From contig CM106586.1 in assembly GCA_048013815.1 (NCBI GenBank), positions 18,166,001-18,230,000 on the forward strand: a stretch of DNA of 64,000 nt. The letters run 5' to 3'. This document shows positions 11,055 through 20,800 of this stretch, in pieces; the first letter of the stretch is position 1; each line of letters starts with the position of its first letter. The notes under the pieces were generated by a model. That model was not told the origin of the DNA. It saw only the letters and a program-made list of their open reading frames with translations, and did not search any database. This DNA comes from Setoptus koraiensis (Eukaryota > Animalia > Arthropoda). The translations under genes and the position numbers were made by a program.

Positions 11055-11402
11055 ATCGAATGAATCTGATCTATCAGTGAAACCGATGCCCAACAATGCA
11101 GTGCGGCCAGTATCACTTTGAACTTTAACCACAAAATATCTACTTGAGTCACTGACAGGCTGTACGGAGGGCCCTGGGTATTTGAGTATGGGCGCCTGGG
11201 CGTACAATTGTCCTGTGGTTTCATCTTCAATCCTTAAGAATACTTTGTCCGCAATGGAGACAAGTCTCATTCGTCCTTTCCAATCTGGATTCTCCAAATT
11301 CCAATCTGATGCCTTGAATCCCCTGGAGGTTGATGTTAGAGGCGGTATTCTATATACAAATATCTTTGGTTTAACGAGTAGAACACGTTCATAATCACCC
11401 AT
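10749..11402 (-). CDS. NECAP: Adaptin ear-binding coat-associated protein (NECAP, PHear/DUF1681 domain), 217 aa, intronless
   Basis: [18 protein letters not shown]...GFKASDW...WKGRMRL...[12 protein letters not shown]...[28 protein letters not shown] is the NECAP signature. Confidence 0.93.
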   Translation of the reverse strand: [217 protein letters not shown]

Positions 11403-12147
11403 AATAGTTTGTTAATGGTATGCTCCAAGTATTTCGGAAGATAAGCATATAAATGATGGATGAAGTTTGTTGTTTTATGTAACTGGACCAAATGTTTCAA
11501 CAACTCTATTGGAGCCAACAGTTCTCGAGAGTGAGATGAGTAATATCATTCAATTTTAATACTAATGTATTTGATAACTGTACTGTTATAGACTTGGCTT
11601 TCACCATTTATCAAATTTTGTAAAACGCTAAAGATTATAAAGATACCATCGATTCTGGGTGATAATCTAACAACAATAAATAAACAACAACAATATATTA
11701 ACAAAAAATTGATCTTTTGTATTGGCTTGAGTTTCAGAAACATCTAATGTTGCCCTAGAAATTCACGCAAGCGAGTCGTAGATTTTCAGTCGTAATGTGT
11801 AATTCGAATGCTGTATGATTGTTCTTCTAATTTTGTCTCAACTAGTTGAAAAAAGTCCGCTAGAGCGACGCCCGAAGGCTTCCCCACAGCAATACAAGTG
11901 AGAAGCGATTTGATAGCGATGCAAGTCTTTCCAGTGTGTAGTATCAGGCGGAGAGGAGTGCATGCTTTGCTTTGAAAGCAGTCATTGTTACAAAGTTTGA
12001 CGCAACACTGTATGTTCGATTGTGCATTTTCAGAGGCGCGCCAGCACCTCTTGTGGATCACTCTGTCAGGCCAAACTTCCAGTCTAAATATCTACGATGA
12101 AGAACCTCCCCCACCTGGTTCGTAAACTGGAATCGCCAATGGCTCGG

Positions 12148-12472
12148 TGATACTACTATGTGTAGTTCTATCATATATATTCTATCTGATACTCAATCAC
12201 TTATCACAAAATATCATGATTATTTCGGGTGATGATCTTTATTGTAAACAATAAATTCAAAGAAATAGTCACCTCTGACTCACATGGCGCCCGAATTAGA
12301 CGGGATGTTTTAATCTTTCGTATCTCGCGCTATTATTGAGCGCATTGGTGCAGTGGTTATGCACCGCATCTGGAACACCTGACGTGTATGTCGAAGAGTC
12401 ATATGAAAACGTCTGACAGCGAAATATCGACAATCCTACCTATAGATTTAATTTATTTATATTATAATATTG
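12148..12472 (+). promoter_or_regulatory. Duplicated upstream element, copy B (faces TMED9; lies between the divergent NECAP and TMED9 genes)
   Basis: Inverted homolog of 7412-7783. TGTAAACA at 12243-12250, TGACGTG at 12380-12386; ends 30 nt before ATG 12503. Confidence 0.6.
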
Positions 12473-12502
12473 GACTAAAGAAAGAATCACATTTATCTCA
12501 CT

Positions 12503-13171
12503 ATGCACAAACCAAATCTTATAGGCAAATTCTTGGCTTGGTTTTTGGTCTCATCATGCCTGATCTCTGTTTGTCATTCTCTTTACTTCCATATCGGCGA
12601 AACTGAGAAGCGTTGTTTTATTGAGGAAATACCAGACGAGACCCTATTAATGATTAATTACAAACTACAATTACATGATCCCGTCACTGGGGGTTTCATG
12701 CAGGCAGCTCCAGGACTAGCTATGCACGTTGACATACGAGACCCAGATGATAAAGTCATTCTGTCCAAAACATACATGGCCGAAGGAAAAGTTGCACTCA
12801 CATCGCACAAACCAGGCGAACATGTCATCTGCATACACTCAAACTCAACGAAATGGTTCACTGGTGGCCAGCTGAGAGTTCATTTTGACATCAGAGTGGG
12901 AGAACACGCTCTCGATTACCGAAATATTGCTGAAACTGAGAAATACACACAATTACAACTAATGGTTAGGCAATTGCAGGACCAGGTTGAGCAGATCAAT
13001 AAGGAGCAAAACTATCAAAGGATACGAGAGGAGAGATTTAGAGCTACATCGGAAAGTACCAGCAATCGAGTATTCTATTGGTCGATTGTCCAAGCTACTG
13101 TAGTGACAGGTGTCGCTGTCTGGCAAGGTAGACACCTTAAGAGGTTTTTCGAAGCTAAAAAACTTGTATAA
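12503..13171 (+). CDS. TMED9: p24alpha family cargo receptor (TMED4/TMED9/eclair-like, GOLD domain), 222 aa, intronless
   Basis: Signal peptide, [21 protein letters not shown], coiled coil [25 protein letters not shown] helix, and C-terminal [13 protein letters not shown] dilysine tail. Confidence 0.95.
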   Translation: MHKPNLIGKFLAWFLVSSCLISVCHSLYFHIGETEKRCFIEEIPDETLLMINYKLQLHDPVTGGFMQAAPGLAMHVDIRDPDDKVILSKTYMAEGKVALTSHKPGEHVICIHSNSTKWFTGGQLRVHFDIRVGEHALDYRNIAETEKYTQLQLMVRQLQDQVEQINKEQNYQRIREERFRATSESTSNRVFYWSIVQATVVTGVAVWQGRHLKRFFEAKKLV

Positions 13172-13280
13172 TCTACATGGTGGTATCAATTTATAAACAA
13201 TGATTGTATACAATTAAAGAATAAATATATTATAGTTGTGAAGTCGGATTTGAGTATTATTAGAGATCTTTTTGTGTTTA

Positions 13281-14873
13281 TTATGCAAATGCAAGTACTT
13301 CTACGTCATTACACGTGAAATCTTTATTCTCACATAAGGGTTGATTATTGAAAGTCTTGCAATTATCTGTTTTGCCACGAGTTAAGTCGGCATCTAGCCA
13401 TAGACCAAAGCTACCATTTCCGCTGCCTATGATCAGCTCTTGAGCAGTAGCATTCATGAATAGTTGAGTAGATACTGAATCGATGACACTTTCGCGGTCT
13501 CGATTAGTTTTTCCAACCCACAAGTAAACGGCAAACTCTGGCCATAATGTAAATAGGAATGTATCTCCGTTACCAAAGTAACTAGCGGATTTTTGTGCTT
13601 GCTCATTTCTCAATGACCACGATGACGAACAAAAAGCACCAAAAACTTCATTACGTATAGTTCTTATAATAATAATAGTCTCTTCATATGGGTCTACTCT
13701 GGAAAAGAACGTCTGTAATGATGTACCATCTTGGTTAGAATTGAAAACTATTTTGACTATTTTAACAGCCGCCCTCTCAGGTAAGTACTGCCATAGGTTA
13801 TCTAATAAACGATAATCATCTACTATAGATGATTTGAAGGACCTTGGCGCTATCCTAGGGCTTATTATGACATTAGTTAACATATCGTTTCTAGGTTGTT
13901 GTGTTAGATTGTAATTATTCTTTTTTCTCATGATTGATTCAATGATCATGGTTGCCTTTATTTCGGCGCTACGACTAGCTTTTGCAATCTTAACGGTAGA
14001 TATCCTTTTCAATGAACGCGCTTCTTTAATAAGTTGATCAACACCACCACGTGGCTCTAGGATTGTTTCTAATCTCAAACAAAATTCAAACATTTGATCG
14101 GCAACTAGAGAACGTTGATTAGTTTGTTGTCTATAACGTTCTAATAATGCTAAAGCGATACGATATAAGAATTTTTGTCCATCAATCAACCAACAATCCA
14201 ATATTTTAACACAGTAGGTGAATGGCAGTGCTACAAATATCCATTTATACCAATCTAGGAAAGGTGTGTCAAATGTAATATTATGATTTGTTATCTGACT
14301 ATTGTCTCCATCTAATGTTGCCAAGAAGCGATTCTCTTCTCTGACTAGATCGCGCATTAGAAATGGTGCGATTATTCCGAATTTTGTACATAATTTGATT
14401 AAAACTATTATGTCACGTACATGCTCCAAGCGTGTAGTTGGCATTAAAACACGTTTAAATTGTCTGTCACGAGTAGCTCGTTGATTCTGTTGAAGTAGAT
14501 CACAAATATATCGATATGTTTGTTCATGGTCAAAATAATGTAAGAATATCGCTACTACGGGATATAGTATAGGCGCAAATGTTATCTGAGGATGCGTTTC
14601 GCACAATTGCCATAATATCTTTTCAGCTTGGATGCGACCAGCGCTAGATAAGTTATAAAATCTAAGTAGACTAGAATCAATATAAGTGGGCAGTCGGCCA
14701 ATGGGTTGCATCAATGACTGTTGTTGTTTTAGTTGTTGCTGCAGTACACTTGTATCAGTATCAGTATTATTATTAGTAGTAGTAGTGTCAGTAGCGGGTT
14801 TAACTGGTGTTGCTGGTGGTGATATTGTTGCTGCCCCATCGGGGACCAAAGTTGATAGCTGTACATCCAACAT
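13281..14873 (-). CDS. TBC1D24: TBC1D24/skywalker-like TBC plus TLDc protein, 530 aa, intronless
   Basis: TBC part: PQITFAPILYPVVAIFLHY, ILDCWLIDGQKFLYRIAL. TLDc part: VFNSNQDGTSLQTFF, EVFGAFCSSSW, YFGNGDTFLFTL, GLWLDADLTRG, CKTFNNQPL. Confidence 0.92.
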   Translation of the reverse strand: MLDVQLSTLVPDGAATISPPATPVKPATDTTTTNNNTDTDTSVLQQQLKQQQSLMQPIGRLPTYIDSSLLRFYNLSSAGRIQAEKILWQLCETHPQITFAPILYPVVAIFLHYFDHEQTYRYICDLLQQNQRATRDRQFKRVLMPTTRLEHVRDIIVLIKLCTKFGIIAPFLMRDLVREENRFLATLDGDNSQITNHNITFDTPFLDWYKWIFVALPFTYCVKILDCWLIDGQKFLYRIALALLERYRQQTNQRSLVADQMFEFCLRLETILEPRGGVDQLIKEARSLKRISTVKIAKASRSAEIKATMIIESIMRKKNNYNLTQQPRNDMLTNVIISPRIAPRSFKSSIVDDYRLLDNLWQYLPERAAVKIVKIVFNSNQDGTSLQTFFSRVDPYEETIIIIRTIRNEVFGAFCSSSWSLRNEQAQKSASYFGNGDTFLFTLWPEFAVYLWVGKTNRDRESVIDSVSTQLFMNATAQELIIGSGNGSFGLWLDADLTRGKTDNCKTFNNQPLCENKDFTCNDVEVLAFA

Positions 14874-14884
14874 TATAATAGTAA

Positions 14885-15120
14885 GCCCATAATAGTGATG
14901 TTAATAGTAATAATGATAATAATAATATTAGTTATAGCACTGGTAATAATATCAACGTTAATAATAATGATCGCGTAGATTGTGTGATGAGCAATGATAA
15001 TAATAATTAATTAGTGTTGTTGATTATAATAATAATAATATCAGTAGTAGTAGTTGTAGCAGTAGTAGTAGTAGTAATATTAGCAGTGATTTTAGTAGTA
15101 ATAGTAGTAGCAGTGATTCA
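14885..15120. repeat. Low-complexity TAA/TAG trinucleotide mosaic upstream of TBC1D24
   Basis: Runs of aataat and agtagtagt. Confidence 0.8.
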
Positions 15121-15187
15121 ATGTAAAAAAAAATCAATTAATCAACATATTGTGTAGAAGCGATTGGTGCACCACCAGCAATTGCCC

Positions 15188-15198
15188 AGAGAGACAGG

Positions 15199-15230
<32 letters not shown>

Positions 15231-15240
15231 AAGAGAGAGA
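15188..15240. repeat. (GA)n microsatellite 5' of TBC1D24
   Basis: Pure GA run about 15199-15224 with degenerate flanks. Confidence 0.9.
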
Positions 15241-16272
15241 CGTTGCATGTATAACCGTGTATACTGTAACTATAATAACCATCTTTTCCTTCATGCCAAT
15301 GGCTCTCATCCAATAATTTTGTCCGTACTTGCACATTCGCCACCATGCTGCACACTGCCCGTGAATGGGTGCATTCTGTGCAAACCAACATCAGAATGCA
15401 AATTTTACATGCTATACACCCTCTCAATCCCGCTCTGCCATGTGTTCATGTTTACATACTGCACCATGCCCAGTAAGTAGTACGCTCGTTCAGTTTACAC
15501 ACTTTTATTAGGCACAAGCGAGGGTGCTGCGCAGCGCTCAATCGCTGTGCCGTAAGATACCATTTCTCAGAATGGTGCACTACGAAACAGGTGCATTGAT
15601 GCTGCTTTACTTTGCACAAATCCACATCTTTATCTCTGTGCGCCTTGAAAATATTGCCTTGTCAATATACATTACAGTCTCGCCAAATATAGTTGCTACT
15701 AGCTCATAGAGAGAGCGCCATTGCGAATCACCGGACAATCTATCGCTTCATGTCTATAGAGATCGCTCAAGTATCGCGAGCGCCCCTATAGTGCATTTCT
15801 TGAAGTTCTCCCGCACTTCAAGATCCAACTTGAAATGTTCAAAATATTCTTTGAAAAAAAGTTTGGTCTCTACCTCTCTTTCTCTGTCGCTTTCTCAATC
15901 GAAAAACTGCCAGAAACTCCAAATCACCAGGCTTCATCTAAACAAGTGCACAAAGGAGATCTTTTGTTGTTTTAATTCAAATACGAATAACATCAACTAC
16001 AGAAACAATAAACCAGGTCCATTTTAAGCAATTGCGGAATATGAACCTCTGTACGATAATTCAGTCGCAATCGCGCTGATATAAACACCATGACAACAAA
16101 CTAAACCCTTCTTTTCAAATCACTGCGCTTGAAATGATTCCGATAGCTATGAAGCGAACAGGAGGACATGTCAAAACTGAAGGTGATTTTTTAATTTATT
16201 GTATCAAATAACATCAAATATGTATCCGCGCCAGTGCCGGACGATATCACAATTTACAATCATAATATTAAT

Positions 16273-17837
16273 TTAGACCCACTTGGGTGGGAATGGTAAG
16301 GCATAATCATGATGATCTTGATTATTGGTAGTTCTTTTCTGCGTTAAGCACAAATCCGCTTCCGATGATAATTGTCGCTGCTGGTGGCTGTTGTTTAAGT
16401 CACGCCCATACTGATTACTATTGTACTGATGATTGAGTAGCTGGTCTTCATTTTCTGTCTGATCCTGATCCCTAGTTAGAACTCGATCATTTATGGTTGA
16501 TTGTTGATTCTGCTGCTGCTGTTGTTGCAATTGTAGTTGTTGCTGCTGTTGATGTATTACACCGTATTGCGAGGCATGATAAATGCCATCCATAATCTTT
16601 TTTATTCCGTCCATAGTAGATGAATTTGTTATATCCATCATGTCTACAACATTAGATAGATCAGGGCACTGTCGAGAGTTTCCTGTATCATGGTGATTGC
16701 CATTAGATATGGGCGTATTTAATACATTATTAGAGATGGAGCTATCGTGTCTGATGGAATATTGTTTTTCTTGATGCCGCAATGATTCATTACCGGTCAG
16801 AAGAGATTCGTTGGCCGCCAGCAGACACATATTCATAGAATTATTGTTGTTCAGACTGTTGTCATAATCGAGTTCATTTGTATTGTTGTAGACATAGCCT
16901 GACGGACGCACTTTATAGTTTGTATTGGATGGATTGAATGATAGAAGTTGGTTATCCCTATCATTTGAAGCTTGATAAATTACATTGTTGTTGGATGTAA
17001 CTTTTGTCTTTCGATCCATTGTTGCGCTAACTAGATTGTACGGCACATAATTTGCTTTCTGGCGAGCAAGCTCACTGCTAGCATATTTTGATGGTGTGTA
17101 TGGCAACGTCTGACAGCCTTGATTACTATTCTCGTTATATTCAAATGTATCCTTGATGATACCATCCAATGTAGAGCAACCGTTGGCAGCGCCAGCGAGT
17201 TCCATCGTGAATCCATTGACTAGACTGCATCCACCAATGCCACTGTCACCATTACTGGTTGCTATTGTTGCTGCACAAGGAGAAGATTGCAAGTAGTGAT
17301 TTGTGGCATTCTCATTGTCTAGATAATTAGAGGTTCCCTGAGAACTTGATGATGAACCGGCCGAAGTATTGCTGGCATGATTTTGATATTTTTTTCTCAA
17401 ATAAAACCACGCACTAAAAGCAACAGTTGTTAGAACCACAAGAGCAAAACTAGGCAGTGTGTAGAGAATTGCTTGGTAAGATAGATTCAAGAAAAGAGAA
17501 GAACTCTCTTGGGAGTTCAAGTCTAAGGCCGCCAGTGGTATTCCTCCAAATTTATCCAACGTTATGAAAGAATATTGCTCCTCTGTTCTTCCTGATTCTG
17601 AAAAGGCTATAACGGATATGGAATACCATGTTTCAGGTGTTAAATCTCTAATTTCAATGACTTTTTGATCAGGTGAAATATCATTTGAGAGCATGAGCCA
17701 GTCATTGTTTGTTTTCATTTTATATTTTATCTCAAAATTAATTATGCTGCACCCTGCATCCATCCAAGCATCCAGATTAGCATAAACTACAGTTGAATTG
17801 ATATTCAAGAAGTCCTGCTTCCTAGGAGCTATCGCGA
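16273..17837 (-). CDS. Dscam: Dscam last exon: FN6, TM (ILYTLPSFALVVLTTVAFSAWFYL), cytoplasmic tail ending DYALPFPPKWV
   Basis: LDAWMDAGCSIINFEIKYK...DLTPETWYSISVIA; acceptor ctag at 17838-17839. Confidence 0.88.
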
Positions 17838-20800
17838 CTAGAGGAAGATAAGAGGGTGATTCGGAATAGATTACAGATGAATGAAATATTCGCGAGTGGC
17901 AACATGGCTGTAAAAGGTAGAAAGTTAAGGAATCTTTACCTGATCCTTTTGTTCTTGTTTTAACAATCTGACTATGACTCCCTTTCCCTATACTGTTATA
18001 AGGGACTATATAAGCTTGATACAATGTGCCACATTTGAGATTATTCAACTCATAACGGAATGAACGCATATGATCTCTTATGGTCTTCAATCGATCTCTC
18101 GTATCAACTTTTATGCTATAAAGCTCACCTATGAGCTTGTTCTCCGTCCATTCTGCGTCAGAGATACTTTTATGGTAAAAATCGTACCCATCTATGATCA
18201 ATCTAACATCCCCACTGGAGTTGACGGCGACCTGAGAACTCAATGTGCTTGTGTGTTCGTTAATCAGTATCTGGTTCAATTCATCAAATGTCCAGATGAA
18301 TTCTATCGAAGAGAATGTCGCTGAGCCAACTCTAAGTGATGCTAAAGGTGGTGGATCATTTTCCAATGTCTGACTCTCTACAATATCAGACTGGGGCCCG
18401 AGACCGGCTGAATTGAATGCTTGTATAATTACAGAGTATTTGGTTGATCTCTTCAAATCAGTGATGAGGATCGAAACTAGATTGTTCACTCGTGAAGACT
18501 TTAACTGAAGCATAGTATCTTCATTCGTTTTCCCATGGGAGAGGTTGTTATTTGCATGAGTATCAGCGTTTTCATTCAATTTGTGTTTCAAGTTATTTGA
18601 ATCATCATTGTTTATAGTTTTGTAAATATAGGGATCGCTAGAATTATAGATCTTATATCCAAGGTAATAACCCTTGACTCTTGAGCCCCTGAATGAAGCG
18701 CTTGGGTGAAGATTCGAATGCCCTAGTGAATAACCTTGATTCTCGTCTAAGTTTCCGGGCGAAGAAAAAATTGATGACTCTGCTGACCTGCTATTATTGG
18801 AAGGTGTATTCACAAAGTTGTCAATATCATCTGCATTTTCTACAATTGTTGGCGGTGGCAGCCAAACTATCTGAAGACTTGTTGACGAAATCGGAATTAT
18901 TTGGATATTCGTTGGTGGACTTGATGGGGCCTCTTCTATCGTCGTCATCACTAGAGGATTGCTGCTTGGACCGAATCCTAATTGGTTGACAGCTTTGACA
19001 GTTACCTCATAAGTCGTCAGTGGTTTTAGAGGACTTAAAATCGCGGATGTTTGCATTGCTGATAATCTAATAACTGTTGGAGAAGGTGATTGCTTCAAAA
19101 TATTCTCTTTCTGGTGTTTAAGTCCTTGATCTTTGTAAGTCAATTGTTTTGGATTGTTATCAGTATTTTGCATTACGGTTTCAGGGCCGCTGAAAGGAAT
19201 CTGCTGATTTTTTTGTTCCATGGAGCTTACGGTAACTGGGTTCTTTCGTCTCACTACCCACTCCACAATATACGTGGTCAACGGGCTATGACCATCGAAA
19301 GGTGGCTTCCAAGATATGGTAGCTGCTCTATTGTCTATTCTATCAACCATAAGACCGTCAACTCGATCCGGTTTTTCTGTTAAGGAAAGAAGAGAAACAT
19401 ATGGGTTGATGCGTGATTAATGTCCGAGATGGAGAAACTACTCTAAAACTGCTTCAAGTGCTGCGATCAGTCTTACCTTGAACAAATAATTTTATCACCT
19501 TCTCATCGTGGCCAAATCGATTTGATGCTAAGCAAGTATATTCAGCGGAATCTTGCCTTCTTGCCTGTTTTACTACAAATCTTGTGCGATCGTTTTTGAA
19601 ACTAGATGGAAGATTACTTTCAGCATCCCCAGAAGCTACTTTACTGTTGTCATTTTGACGTGGTGGATGAAAAGAGTTCGCACTAGAGGATGAGCCAAGA
19701 TCCAATATTTCCGACGAATCCGTATCAATTGTCGCAATAGATAATTTTTCTTGGCCCTGATACTTATCCTTGAAGTCAAATTGATTTACGGTAAAATACC
19801 GGGATGTGCCATATCTGCCATCATCTAATCCTGATCCAATCATTTTTCCATCATCATCAGAATTGAAGCTCGATCTAGATTCGGCCTTTTTGAACCAAAC
19901 AATTTCGATTGGACCCTGGCCAATTGGATCACAATGCAATTCTACTTCATCGTTCAATCTTATATATTTCGTTTCAAATTTATTTGTGAAATGAGCAGCG
20001 ACTGGAAATTGAAATAAACAGGAACATATTATTAATAGTGATTGTGATTACTACAATAGATTTATCTAGGCTGTCGTTCAGTGTTGCCAAAAAGTGGTCT
20101 ATCTCAGAGTGGAATTTTTTCAGAGCTTTTCGTTGAGCTCAAATTCGACTAATTATTACCGCTACACCATCTTTTACTAACTCAATAAAAAGCATGTCGC
20201 TCGGAAGAAAACAGATGTATTCAAATTCTGAGATATCTAATGCAACCCTACGTGGTCTGTAGCTCGAGAAATATTCTTTATAAATTAGTCCACTTTCAGA
20301 TGCAACACATCAGTTATTACTCACTGTTTACTGTCAATTTTATAAGTGAACTTAAAGACCCGAAATTGTTGGAGGCTTGGCAAAGGTAATACCCTTGGTC
20401 AGCCTTGGTCACATCCCGGATAACCAGACTGGCATTTTCCAAAGTGTGGATATGGGAATTACTTGTTATTGGCTTATAATGATTAGGCGGATTCGCCAAA
20501 CCATGAAGTTTAGATGACGACATCTTCGAGGCGATTCTCTTGTTATTGTTTTCATTCATGTCAGTTGTGCCAAAATGTAATAGATTGTGTATGCTGCCAT
20601 CATTCTTATCTTCAGGGGCAACACCTATTTCCCACCTATCACAATAAAAAGTTTGAAGTTAGATTTTAGCAAAAATTTTATAAATAAAAAAGATTAATCA
20701 TCTTGTTATAGGATGTTGGATCAATGTTGCCTTCTTTATCTACACTATATCCTTACCATATCCTGGGACTTGGGTAGGCTCTAGCCTGACATTCGATAAC

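Noticed and set aside
11780-12130. Protein-like fragments between NECAP and element B (EECMLCFE; IYDEEPPPPGS)
   Set aside because: Multiple stops in every frame and no recognisable family.
7400-12490. Pack-MULE or foldback transposon with elements A and B as terminal inverted repeats
   Set aside because: No target-site duplication visible at the outer ends and no transposase. Kept only as an alternative pending a copy-number search.
15784-15793. CCCTATAGTG resembling the reverse T7 promoter
   Set aside because: Only a 10-nt match and no other vector sequence.
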